In this document: one piece after another, positions 31,381 to 40,981 of the stretch
How the letters are laid out: each line of letters begins with the position of its first letter
Numbering within the stretch: position 1 is the stretch's first letter
Source: Poseidonia sp.
Lineage (GTDB): Archaea > Thermoplasmatota > Poseidoniia > Poseidoniales > Poseidoniaceae
Reading direction: 5' to 3'
DNA length: 64,000 nucleotides
Assembly: GCA_016778305.1 (NCBI GenBank)
Contig: JADHPT010000009.1
Coordinates: 5,608 to 69,607, forward strand
Notes under the pieces: model-generated
Told to the model about the DNA's origin: nothing
The model's input: the letters and a program-made list of their open reading frames with translations, nothing else
The model's database searches: none
Made by a program: the position numbers and the translations under genes

Positions 31381-32225
31381 TGATGCCCCGCGTCGCCGTT
31401 CTCTTTGGCTTCGGGATCAACTGTGATCACGAAACAAAGGCCGTTTTCGAATTAGTCGGGGCTGAAGCCCAGCGCATCCACGTCAACCGCTTTATTTCAG
31501 GCGATACAAATCTTGCAGATTTTGACATTCTTGCCGTTCCAGGTGGTTTTTCCTTCGGGGATCACTTGGGCAGCGGGCGGCTTCTTGGCAATCGCATGCG
31601 CTTTGCTATGCGCGATGCTCTACGGGATTTCGTTGATGCCGGCAAACCGATTATCGGTATTTGCAACGGCTTTCAAGTCCTTGTTAAAACCGGATTATTA
31701 CCGGGACCAGATGCAGGGCATTCCCCCGACTTCGTTCAACGCGGCAGTCTCGGGCTCAACGATAGTGGACGCTATGAAGATCGCTGGGTCACTCTCGAAT
31801 TCGACCCGAACAGTCCTTGCATATGGACCAAGGGAATGACGAGAATGACCTGCCCGGTACGTCACGGTGAGGGAAAATACATCATGCCCACCCCACAAGC
31901 ATTGGAAGCGCTTTCAACCACTCACCAACTAACAGTTCGCTACGTTGACCCATCAACATCGGTAGGAGAAGGTCTCAGCGATACAGTTCTCCCCTATCCA
32001 ATGAGCCCAAACGGGAGCATGAGAAACGTAGCAGGAATCTGTGATGCAACCGGCCTTGTGTTTGGCTTGATGCCACATCCAGAAGCCAACTATGCTCGTT
32101 GGCTCCACCCAGACCATACCAGGGGAACGGCGCCAGCAAGCGAAGGAAACGCTCTCGATTCATGGGAAGGCGAGGGATTGCAGATGTTTCGAAACGCCGT
32201 GGAATACGTGAAGCAGAACCGTTGA
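31380..32225 (+). CDS. purQ: phosphoribosylformylglycinamidine synthase glutaminase subunit
   Basis: GINCD, PGGFSFGD, GICNGFQ, HGEG and MPHPE motifs. Confidence 0.95.
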   Translation: MMPRVAVLFGFGINCDHETKAVFELVGAEAQRIHVNRFISGDTNLADFDILAVPGGFSFGDHLGSGRLLGNRMRFAMRDALRDFVDAGKPIIGICNGFQVLVKTGLLPGPDAGHSPDFVQRGSLGLNDSGRYEDRWVTLEFDPNSPCIWTKGMTRMTCPVRHGEGKYIMPTPQALEALSTTHQLTVRYVDPSTSVGEGLSDTVLPYPMSPNGSMRNVAGICDATGLVFGLMPHPEANYARWLHPDHTRGTAPASEGNALDSWEGEGLQMFRNAVEYVKQNR

Positions 32226-32230
32226 TTTAA

Positions 32231-33301
32231 ATGTTGAAGGACAACAAACGAATCGTTCACATCGATGCATTACGAGGCCTTGCCGTTTTGTTCATGGTGA
32301 TGGTCCATGCAGCAGCCACATGGAATCCATATTCAAGTTCTCAAACATCGGTTCTAGCCTACGTTGTCTCAGGTCTCGGTGGACTTGCAGCACCTCTGTT
32401 CATCACGCTCTTGGGCTGGGGGCTGTTGCGTGCGAACTTATCCCATCAACAACGTGTTATTCGTGCGGGCTTTCTTTTCGTATGCCAATTTCTTGTGAAC
32501 ATCATTTCACCCCACCTTTTCGAACCCTTTACTCCTGGTGTTCTTTCATTGATGGGATTGTTGATTCTCACTGAACCCATCTGGATCTATCCGCTCCGCC
32601 AAGGCCGACTTTCTGCTCAAGCGTACTTCTTGTCGACCTTTGCAGCCGTGTTGACACTGACATTTTTGGCTCCAGAGATACAAGGGGTATCGTCATGGAA
32701 CGCTCGTGTAGCAACCAATTCAACGGTTGTGTTGGTGGAGCATTTGATGTTGACAGGGACCTATCCGCTCCATCCATGGGTTCTTTTTGCGGCCTTTGGC
32801 GCCACGATATCGGCCCTTCCCGATGGAGAACACCGAAGACCGGCTATCGCCTTTGTTGCGCTGGGCTTGACCTATAGCGGTCTGTTGCTCATCCATGCTT
32901 GGAGGAATCAAGTGGCCTGGGCGCTACCGTCTGGAACGGCCCTTCTAACGTTCTTTCCTGCCAACGGACCCTTTCTGATCGCGAGCCTTACGGGAGTCAT
33001 CCTTCTGTGGGCTCTCGCATCAACACGGCTTCACGTTGAGTGGTTGGCCCAAACAGGACGATGTTCCCTTACCGTGTACGTGATGCATTTCTTTCCGTTT
33101 GCCTTCCTCCACGGAATTGATGAACGGTATGCTTGGTCGTTATCACAGTCGATGTTGGTCACCTTTTGCTACACGTTACTGTGGGCAATGATTGCCACAC
33201 AGTGGTACAAACGATATCCAACGAAAACCCTTGAGTCATTGATGCGTTCTCTCGAAGGAAACATCAGGATGAGGCAACAAAGGACCAAGGGCGGGTCATG
33301 A
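32231..33301 (+). CDS. heparan-alpha-glucosaminide N-acetyltransferase-like (DUF1624/DUF418-type) membrane protein
   Basis: RIVHIDALRGLAVLFMVMVH, YPLHPW and GRCSLTVYVMH motifs; multi-TM. Confidence 0.75.
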   Translation: MLKDNKRIVHIDALRGLAVLFMVMVHAAATWNPYSSSQTSVLAYVVSGLGGLAAPLFITLLGWGLLRANLSHQQRVIRAGFLFVCQFLVNIISPHLFEPFTPGVLSLMGLLILTEPIWIYPLRQGRLSAQAYFLSTFAAVLTLTFLAPEIQGVSSWNARVATNSTVVLVEHLMLTGTYPLHPWVLFAAFGATISALPDGEHRRPAIAFVALGLTYSGLLLIHAWRNQVAWALPSGTALLTFFPANGPFLIASLTGVILLWALASTRLHVEWLAQTGRCSLTVYVMHFFPFAFLHGIDERYAWSLSQSMLVTFCYTLLWAMIATQWYKRYPTKTLESLMRSLEGNIRMRQQRTKGGS

Positions 33302-33339
33302 AACAGCATTGATTTGAATTGATTCATCTCATATGATTT

Positions 33340-34629
33340 TCAAGCACTCTTGTTGGCTTTTTGAGCGATTGCTCGCTTGAAAACAGATTCATAATCGGTA
33401 GCATTGTGCTCATATGTGTACTTCGAAAGTACTCTCTCACGTCCCAGTAAAGCTTTCTCTTGCGAGTCAACATCTGATAGCATTTGGTTTACACATGTTG
33501 CTAGATCATCAGGATCTCCTCGTTTGAATAACCCGCCGACAGAAGTATCAACCATCTCTGTCAATGGTTCCTGGTCAACAGTTGCTACAGAAGTTCCACT
33601 CGCTAATGATTCCAAAGGAATGAGCCCTTGACCCTCATAATATGAAGGGTAAACTACCAAATCTGCAGAACGGAAATGTTGCGCCAATTCTTCGAAGGAA
33701 AGGCTACTTTGGATAAAAATCGAATCTGAGATTCCTAATTTCTTAGCTTGTTTCTCGAGACTGGATTTCATATGACCCCGGCCTACAATTACCAAACGAG
33801 CACCGGGGTTTTTCTGCAATATATTGGGCATTGCTCTCAGCAGGGTCATGTATCCTTTCCGTGCCACTAAGCGACCAACCGCCAGTAACATAGGAGTTTT
33901 TGTTTTGGAAGAATATGAGAGAGCGTCTTCGTCAGCGCAATCATATTGTAATCGTATTCTCTCGTGTTCTAATTGCTCAGCCTCGTCATCAATATTAGGC
34001 GGCCTGAACACTTTATGGTCACAGCCCCACAAGATTACTTCACAATCAAAATTCTCGTCAGGCCGGTACCATTGTTTGAATTCCTTGAGTGTGGATTGGG
34101 AGTTCGCAACACAAATACTCGACTCTAATATTCCCGCACGTTCGTATTTTGAATACCACTTACCGGTAGTCAGAATTGCAAGGTCGTTAGGGTTTCGCCA
34201 CGTAGCAGACTCACGTGCCGCCGCAGCTCTCTTTACCCCTTCCTTTTCACCCAACCAAGAACCGTGAAGGCAAGATACGACAGGAGCGATATTGTCTTCT
34301 AACCACCTGAACTCTTTCCTCTTCCATGAGACGAGGGGTAGATGTGCATTGATGATATCGATTGGCTTCTTGCTGTGCAATTGCTTCAGGGCTGCAAAGG
34401 CGTTCTTGCCGTACGATCGGGTGAAAGCCATAGGGAGCTTAGCCCATGGAACCGAGACAACATCAACCCCCGCAAGAGAAGGTGGTCTTTCTGAGTGACT
34501 CCTCGTGATAATGGTGACATCGTGGCCCAGTTTGACAAAGTGGCCTGCTAAATGAAAAACCACTGAACCTATGCCTCCCCAACGTGGAGGATATTCACCG
34601 GACACTATGGCTATGTGCATGTCGAACAA
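33340..34629 (-). CDS. glycosyltransferase family 4 protein
   Basis: EYPPRWGGIG, VGRLVARKG and PSYYEGQGLIPLESLASG motifs. Confidence 0.92.
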   Translation of the reverse strand: MFDMHIAIVSGEYPPRWGGIGSVVFHLAGHFVKLGHDVTIITRSHSERPPSLAGVDVVSVPWAKLPMAFTRSYGKNAFAALKQLHSKKPIDIINAHLPLVSWKRKEFRWLEDNIAPVVSCLHGSWLGEKEGVKRAAAARESATWRNPNDLAILTTGKWYSKYERAGILESSICVANSQSTLKEFKQWYRPDENFDCEVILWGCDHKVFRPPNIDDEAEQLEHERIRLQYDCADEDALSYSSKTKTPMLLAVGRLVARKGYMTLLRAMPNILQKNPGARLVIVGRGHMKSSLEKQAKKLGISDSIFIQSSLSFEELAQHFRSADLVVYPSYYEGQGLIPLESLASGTSVATVDQEPLTEMVDTSVGGLFKRGDPDDLATCVNQMLSDVDSQEKALLGRERVLSKYTYEHNATDYESVFKRAIAQKANKSA

Positions 34630-34793
34630 TTACTCCACTTCGTAATCTAATAAATAATCCAATGGAGCGTTGTCTTCAAAGCCACCTATCCTTGAAACTA
34701 CAGGACTTGGTTGGAGAGTTGACTGCCGGGACGCAGATTACGGAGTGCTGTTGGCACGCTAAGTCGAGTGACTCGCAAATAACACCATGGAAA

Positions 34794-34817
34794 CAGGACA
34801 GCCCGAAGGCTGCCCTG
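34794..34817 (-). terminator. stable hairpin downstream of the rhodopsin gene
   Basis: Minus strand CAGGGCAGCC-TTCG-GGCTGTCCTG followed by TTT; C(UUCG)G tetraloop about 30 nt after the stop codon. Confidence 0.6.
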
Positions 34818-34848
34818 CTTCAGGGGTTTGGAGAAACCGTAACGGTCT

Positions 34849-35724
34849 TCACTCAGCTGCAGCAAGTGCTTCGGTTGCTTTCTTAGCACCCATCCAAGCA
34901 ACAATACCGAATCCGATCTTGTTGATGATGTCTGCAATGTTGTAAGCAACAGCCATGATCTCTGCTCCGTTGTCTATGTCAATGAGGGAGACTTCAGGGC
35001 TGAAGAGGTAACCGAGGGGGTAGATAATCCATCCAACGACGATGAACCAGCGGAGAGCGTTTGCGCTCCAGAGAAGTTCTTCAGAAATCTTGGAGTTGTC
35101 GACGCCCAGACCGTCAGTCCAAGGTGTTCCAGTGGCGACAATAATCATTGCCCAACCCATACCGCCAAGCAAGAGAGCGGGGATAGGGCTGAGGAGGCCG
35201 GCTTCACCGAGGTATCCGAATCCAATCATGATGAGAGCACCGGTGAAACAGATGCCGGTGAATCCGAGACCTGCCACTTTCTTGTCAGTGATGGCTTCCT
35301 TTCCAACAAGGGACGGGAATTTGAGGGCCATCAACGGAACGGTGATGATCCAATCCATGTATCGGTACTCGATAGAGACCACGCCGAAATCAGCGTAGAC
35401 ACCACGCATGTAGTAGTAGTGGAATGCAGCGATACCAACGATGAGCGCTGAAATCGTCATGGTTGTGCGGAATTGTGGAGCGACGTTACTTCGCTCACTC
35501 ATGAAGAAGACGAAGGCGGCACCCATTGAGATGTATCCGACGAAGAAGAGGAAGAAGGTCACAAGTTCCAGACTGTCATTTTCGAGGCCATCGGAAAGGA
35601 ATGCCGGAAGTCCGGTTTTCTCATTCATTTCACCGGCCGCAGCACTGACCGTAGAGGCCATTGCAAGGGCGATTGTGGCAATTAAAAGCAGGCTCGTTGT
35701 TTTGGAGAATTTTTCAGTTAGCAT
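34849..35724 (-). CDS. proteorhodopsin-like microbial rhodopsin (DTK motif)
   Basis: AAFHYYYMR, YRYMDWIITVPLMALKF, GWIIYPLGY and ADIINKIGFG (retinal-binding Lys); signal-peptide-like N-terminus. Confidence 0.95.
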   Translation of the reverse strand: MLTEKFSKTTSLLLIATIALAMASTVSAAAGEMNEKTGLPAFLSDGLENDSLELVTFFLFFVGYISMGAAFVFFMSERSNVAPQFRTTMTISALIVGIAAFHYYYMRGVYADFGVVSIEYRYMDWIITVPLMALKFPSLVGKEAITDKKVAGLGFTGICFTGALIMIGFGYLGEAGLLSPIPALLLGGMGWAMIIVATGTPWTDGLGVDNSKISEELLWSANALRWFIVVGWIIYPLGYLFSPEVSLIDIDNGAEIMAVAYNIADIINKIGFGIVAWMGAKKATEALAAAE

Positions 35725-35754
35725 GTTTCTCAAGTCGCGCTTTTTGGGAACGTG

Positions 35755-35762
35755 TATATAAA
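35755..35762 (-). promoter_or_regulatory. archaeal TATA box of the rhodopsin gene
   Basis: TTTATATA on the minus strand about 30 bp upstream of ATG 35724, preceded by an A-rich tract. Confidence 0.7.
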
Positions 35763-35802
35763 CGAATGTTTTTTTTGCTAGGAAAAAACACCCTATTCCT
35801 TA

Positions 35803-37581
35803 CTAATTCTCAACACCCAAGCCGGTTTGAACCGACCACAATCGAGCATAGATCTCATTGCGCTCAAGCAGAGCCTCGTGCACCCCGTCTTCTGCGACAT
35901 CCCCGTTATCCAGTACAAGGATGCGGTCAGCCCTTCGAATGGTTGAGAGGCGATGTGCGATAATGATGGTCGTTCGCCCCTTTGAGATACGCTCAATTGA
36001 ACGTTGGAGCGCAGCCTCAGTCTCGTTATCCACTGCAGATGTCGCCTCATCGAGAATAAGCAAAGGAGCATCTTTCAAGACGGCGCGCGCAATAGCGACT
36101 CGTTGACGTTGTCCACCAGAGAGGCGATGGCCCCCCTCGCCTACCATGGTGCCCCATTGGTCCGGAAGTGCTTCTACAAACTCAAAGGCTTCAGCAACTT
36201 TGGCAGCTTCAATCACTTCACCATCATCGGCATCAGGTCGCCCATAGCGTATGTTTTCCATGATGGTTGTTGGAAAGAGTGTGATGTGTTGGTCAACCAA
36301 AGCGATTGAAGAGCGCAGGGCCTCTAACTGCCATTCTGATAACTCTTCTCCAGCCCAAGATATTGATCCACTCTGCGGCTCTGCAAATCTCAACAGCAGC
36401 CTGACAAGAGTCGTTTTTCCGGCACCCGTTGAACCAACGACTCCCGTTGTCCGTCCCGCCTCAAAGGTAAGGTTGAATGAATGAAAAATCTGCTCTCGTC
36501 CAGGGTAACCAAAGGCAACGTCCTTCAGAACGAGATCGCTCGCTTTCACATCAGCTCGCGGGGGACGATGGTCTCCTTGAACGATCTCAATTGGAGATTC
36601 CAGAACATCAAGCACCCGTGTTGATGATGCCATAGCTCGCTGATAGAGGTCAAAGGTTTCACCGAGACGGGTGAGCGGCCAGAGCAAACGCTGTGTCATA
36701 AAGACAAGAACCGAATAGGCACCAATCGCCAAGGTGCCTTCCAAGGTTAACCATCCACCAAGCAGGAGGGTCGCTGTAAATCCGACGAGAATTGCCATTC
36801 GAATAAGCGGTGTAAACGCTGCAGAGAGGCGGATAGCCTCGCGATTTGCCTCGCGATAGTCGTCGCTTAGAACCTCGACCCTCGCCAACTCATGGGCCTC
36901 AGCGGTGAAGGATTGAACCGTGGACATTCCAGACAAATCATTCTCTAAGAGGGCGTTCATCCGTCCAGCAGCATCCCGAACACGGGCATAACGGGGCTCT
37001 AAACTACGCTGATAGCGAAATGAGCCCCATACGATAATCGGGATGGGCAAGACCGCGAACAAAGCAACCTGCCAAGAAATCAACAAAAAAACGGCACCTA
37101 CTACGATGACGGTTGTGCTGACTTGTAGCAAGTCATTAGCACCCTTGTCGAGGAATCGTTCGAGTTGATTGATGTCATCGTTGAGAATTGCGAGAATATC
37201 ACCCTTCTGCCGTTCATCAAACCAACCCATGCCCTGCTGCTGAACGTGATCAAAGGTGTCCAGCCGCAACTCATGCTGAACGGTCTGTGCGAGATTCCTC
37301 CACAGCACGCCATAGAAATACTCGAACAGTGATTCAAGCCCCCAAATCAAGAAGGTAAGTACGGAGAGCAATACGAGTTGATGCCAAGGGTCTTCTACGC
37401 CAAACGAGGCGAGCAAGGAATCTTCGCGAAGAACGACAACGTCAACCGCTAAACCGATGAGCAACGGAGGGGCGAGATCCCAAATTTTGTTGAGGATGGA
37501 ACAGAACGAAGCCAATCGGATGGTTCCTCGATGAGGGCGCATGTACGAGAGGAGTCGTTTGAAGGGCCCCGCTTCGCTCAT
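35803..37581 (-). CDS. ABC exporter, fused permease/ATP-binding protein
   Basis: N-terminal TM domain; GSTGAGKTT, LSGGQRQR and LDEATSAVD motifs. Confidence 0.93.
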   Translation of the reverse strand: MSEAGPFKRLLSYMRPHRGTIRLASFCSILNKIWDLAPPLLIGLAVDVVVLREDSLLASFGVEDPWHQLVLLSVLTFLIWGLESLFEYFYGVLWRNLAQTVQHELRLDTFDHVQQQGMGWFDERQKGDILAILNDDINQLERFLDKGANDLLQVSTTVIVVGAVFLLISWQVALFAVLPIPIIVWGSFRYQRSLEPRYARVRDAAGRMNALLENDLSGMSTVQSFTAEAHELARVEVLSDDYREANREAIRLSAAFTPLIRMAILVGFTATLLLGGWLTLEGTLAIGAYSVLVFMTQRLLWPLTRLGETFDLYQRAMASSTRVLDVLESPIEIVQGDHRPPRADVKASDLVLKDVAFGYPGREQIFHSFNLTFEAGRTTGVVGSTGAGKTTLVRLLLRFAEPQSGSISWAGEELSEWQLEALRSSIALVDQHITLFPTTIMENIRYGRPDADDGEVIEAAKVAEAFEFVEALPDQWGTMVGEGGHRLSGGQRQRVAIARAVLKDAPLLILDEATSAVDNETEAALQRSIERISKGRTTIIIAHRLSTIRRADRILVLDNGDVAEDGVHEALLERNEIYARLWSVQTGLGVEN

Positions 37582-37677
37582 GGTGGTCCCAGAACGCGAG
37601 GCCTTGAGAATGCTCGCTTCAATCCAGTACGAGCGCAACGCCTATGCCCCTCAGGCCACAACCGCTGACTGAGCAGC

Positions 37678-38490
37678 ATGCATGTGGGAGATGGTACGGT
37701 TCTCGCTAAGGTTTGCCGACCTTCCAGTACAGCACGTCACATCACGCTTATCGACCCTGCAAAGCAAACAGCAGACATAGCAGCACAACGAGCGATGGTT
37801 GCTGTAGAATGTGGCTCCAAGATGATCTTTGTCGGAGGCTCTACCGATACGCCCGACAAGGTCGTACACGCAACTTGCACGGCGATTCAGGAAGCCTTTG
37901 AATTGAGGATGTTCGCCGCGAGCCAAGACCCAGAAAGCGATGAAATGGATTGGGATATTCCCGTTGTTCTCTTTCCTGGCGGAGCCCATGCCCTTTCGCC
38001 GGCTGCAGATGCCATCACCTTCATGATGCTGATGAATTCTACCAAACGAGAATACCTCGTAGGCGAACAAGTGCGCGGAGCACCCTCTCTCCATCAATTC
38101 GGCGTCGAGGCTCTACCTACCGGATACCTCGTCTGTGCGCCGGGTGGTCGCGTGGGGGAAGTTGGTGCTGCAGAATTGATTCAACCCACCGATACGGAAC
38201 TGGTCGAGGCCTATGCTCTGTGCGCGAACATGTACGGCTTCTCACTTCTCTATCTCGAGGCGGGGAGCGGAGCCACTTCACCGGTTCATCCAAACCTTAT
38301 TGCAAAAGCAAAGAGCGTTGAGGGTCTTACATTATTGGTCGGCGGCGGCTTAAGGAGCGGAGCAGATGTTGCTAAAGCCGTCAACTCTGGTGCCGATTGG
38401 ATTGTCACAGGGACCGTTACGGAAGATGCTTCTTCGCTTGATGAATTAAGGACACGCCTTACTGAAATCATCAAAGCCTGCTCGGCCTAA
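37678..38490 (+). CDS. geranylgeranylglyceryl phosphate synthase
   Basis: TLIDPAK, FVGGS, VVLFPG, YLEAGSGA, VGGGLRS and GADWIVTG motifs. Confidence 0.92.
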   Translation: MHVGDGTVLAKVCRPSSTARHITLIDPAKQTADIAAQRAMVAVECGSKMIFVGGSTDTPDKVVHATCTAIQEAFELRMFAASQDPESDEMDWDIPVVLFPGGAHALSPAADAITFMMLMNSTKREYLVGEQVRGAPSLHQFGVEALPTGYLVCAPGGRVGEVGAAELIQPTDTELVEAYALCANMYGFSLLYLEAGSGATSPVHPNLIAKAKSVEGLTLLVGGGLRSGADVAKAVNSGADWIVTGTVTEDASSLDELRTRLTEIIKACSA

Positions 38491-38491
38491 A

Positions 38492-39763
38492 TCATTCGTC
38501 GGTGTCTTCGTCGAACAAAACAGGATCGCCCGTACCGCCTGGTGAAGGTGGACGAACCCCATCAACATCCATGCCCTTCTCGAGCACTGTTTCACCTGTT
38601 TCCAAGTCAAGTTCTGCGCCATCGGCTAACTTGGCCATGTCCTCGGTATTCGGGGCCTTGATGGTGCGCTCAAGGTCAGGAGCATTGGCATAGAGTTCCC
38701 GCTTGAGTTCCCGACTCTCGTGACTTCGTACGAGGGAAAGTGAATCAGCAAAGACACGTCCAACGACCTCACGAGTTCGCTCACTTCGGCGAGCGGAATT
38801 CAATTCATGCTCCATCGAGCTTCGCTGGTCTGCGATTTCACGCAGTTCTGCGGTACGGTCTTGGAGTGCTGCTTCAATGTCGGTCATGGTCAGCGTCATT
38901 TGTTGGAGACGCTCATCGCGTTCGAAGACCTCGTTGTGCAGGCGACGCTCACGACGTCGCAACGACTCATACTCTCGGTTTCGTTCAAGCAATCGTCGCT
39001 TCAATTCCTCGATTTGCTCGACCAGATAATCGTGTTCCGCAGATACGGACCGGGGACCCTGCATGACGCGCTCAAGCTGTTCTTCCAACTCTTCCAAACG
39101 GCGATCCCTTGCATCGAGAAGACCACGGAGTCGGTCGGCGATGTCACGAAGTCGTTGACGTTCTTCTTCAAGGGCCTCAGCAGCAGCCTTTTCCACTTCG
39201 AGTTGGCGCTGACGTTCATCGACTTGTTGCTTGAGCAAACGGACCTCTTCTGCCGTAACCGAGGTCAAGCCTGCATCTGCAGCCTTTTCCAAGGCCTCAA
39301 CCATTTGCGTGATTCGGCCTTCCATCTCTCCGATAACTTCGTCCTGTTGAGTAGTAAGTTCACGCAATTGTGAAACTTCATGCTCCATCGAACTTCGTTC
39401 TTGTTGGGAGAGCGAGGATTGCTGATTTGCTAACTCTTCTTTTGTATCGTTGAGAAGACGTTCGAGGTGGACAATTTTCGCGTCCGCCTCTTTCATCGAT
39501 TGTTCAGTTTCGGCCAGCCGGGCAACCTCTGGGGCGACCTTGTCGTGGCGTTCAGCCAAATCCAATTCAACAACGCGAAGGCGTTGTTTGACCGTGACCA
39601 ATTCGTCGTTCCTTTTTCCAAGCTCGTCCCAGGCCACCAGGACCTCCTCAACGAGTTGCTCTACGGGGTAGCCTTTGAGCATCCCCTCAAGCGCTGCGCG
39701 CTCATCGTTGGACGAATTTCCAACACGACGGATACCACCGGGGGACGAACTCTCTACAGCCAT
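38492..39763 (-). CDS. long coiled-coil protein
   Basis: About 300 aa of E/L/R/Q heptad-like sequence; no ATPase motif; acidic disordered tail. Confidence 0.8.
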   Translation of the reverse strand: MAVESSSPGGIRRVGNSSNDERAALEGMLKGYPVEQLVEEVLVAWDELGKRNDELVTVKQRLRVVELDLAERHDKVAPEVARLAETEQSMKEADAKIVHLERLLNDTKEELANQQSSLSQQERSSMEHEVSQLRELTTQQDEVIGEMEGRITQMVEALEKAADAGLTSVTAEEVRLLKQQVDERQRQLEVEKAAAEALEEERQRLRDIADRLRGLLDARDRRLEELEEQLERVMQGPRSVSAEHDYLVEQIEELKRRLLERNREYESLRRRERRLHNEVFERDERLQQMTLTMTDIEAALQDRTAELREIADQRSSMEHELNSARRSERTREVVGRVFADSLSLVRSHESRELKRELYANAPDLERTIKAPNTEDMAKLADGAELDLETGETVLEKGMDVDGVRPPSPGGTGDPVLFDEDTDE

Positions 39764-39855
39764 ACGGCAATGCATGCCCGATTGACTACACTTGAACCTT
39801 CCCGCCACGGCAGGGGAGATGAGGCCGTATTTCAGACCCTTTTTTCAGCACCGAA

Positions 39856-40860
39856 TCAATTGATTGAGGTGTACATGTCATCAGGCATGTCGCCGGCGAG
39901 CTTGAGTGCACCAATGGCGACTGAGTTGATGGGGTCTTCGACGCACCAAACCTTGACATCACCGATGTCTGAGATTTCGCTTGCGACTCGCTCAGCACTT
40001 CCTTCAATCAGGGAGCCGCCACCGGAGAGGATGATGTTGTTGCGGAGAATAGGCTGGTATTCGGGGTCGGCACCAGCAACGATCTTCTTGATGGCGTTAC
40101 CGATCTTTGGAATAATCAATCCGCATGCCTCTTGAATCAAATCACCGATGTCGACAACTTGTTGCTTACCCTCAACGGAGAGTTTGACAGTTACTTCGCG
40201 AGTATCACCGCCAACGTAAGACGACTCCTCTTTCCACTTACGGACCATGTCCTTGGTGACCTGCGCGCCGGTGTACTTCTTCTTGATGAGGTCCATGAGT
40301 TGGAGGTCAAGCCAATCACCAGCTTCGGTGATGGTGACTTGGTCTTCATCGGTAGGGAAGGTTCCGTAGACTCGTGCGATGTCGGTTGTACCGGCACCGA
40401 TATCAACAACGATTGAACCAGCGATCTCATCGATTCCGTAGGCGGTAGCGAAGGGTTCGGTAACGACCATAATGGCGTTCACTTGTCCACGAAGGGTGGC
40501 AACAAGGTTGGATTTGTCCGTGAAGGAAACGTGGCTTGGAGAGCAAATAACGCCAAAAACCTCGTCGTACTCTTCAGGGTCAACGGTTTCAAGAAGGTGC
40601 GAGACGAAAGCCTTGGCAGCAGCCAGATTTGCCTCATCATCTTGGGTGACTCCAGCAGCCATTGGGCGGTAGAGGTTGCAAGCAAGTTTGTTCTTCAATG
40701 CATCATCGCCGAACAGGACATCTCGGCCGAGGAAATTACGAGCCACTGCATCCTTTGGACGTCCGACGACGGTTTCGATTGTATGCATCTTATCAGCGCT
40801 TGATGCGATGGTAGATTGGTAGGTTCCAAGGTCAATTCCAACATAAAGGCGGTCACTCAT
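39856..40860 (-). CDS. actin-like ATPase, MamK-like
   Basis: GIDLGT, VVGRPKD, TEPF, VDIGAGTTD, EDQVTITEAG, LSGGGS and GALKLA motifs; GGTGA SD upstream. Confidence 0.9.
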   Translation of the reverse strand: MSDRLYVGIDLGTYQSTIASSADKMHTIETVVGRPKDAVARNFLGRDVLFGDDALKNKLACNLYRPMAAGVTQDDEANLAAAKAFVSHLLETVDPEEYDEVFGVICSPSHVSFTDKSNLVATLRGQVNAIMVVTEPFATAYGIDEIAGSIVVDIGAGTTDIARVYGTFPTDEDQVTITEAGDWLDLQLMDLIKKKYTGAQVTKDMVRKWKEESSYVGGDTREVTVKLSVEGKQQVVDIGDLIQEACGLIIPKIGNAIKKIVAGADPEYQPILRNNIILSGGGSLIEGSAERVASEISDIGDVKVWCVEDPINSVAIGALKLAGDMPDDMYTSIN

Positions 40861-40981
40861 TTCATTCACCTTCCGACTTGCGGACATGTTGGCGAGTCCG
40901 CCATCAACCTTCAAGGTTCACCTTGATATTTTGAGGAGAATTATACCTTCTCTCGCAATAAAAAGAGCCGCAGTTAGTCGT

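Noticed and set aside
38492-39763. SMC/Rad50 call for the coiled-coil protein
   Set aside because: No Walker A/B, signature motif, hinge or zinc hook.
39856-40860. Magnetosome island implied by the MamK-like gene
   Set aside because: No mamA/B/E/M/Q-like genes or iron transporters are nearby, and MamK-like actins occur outside magnetotactic bacteria.
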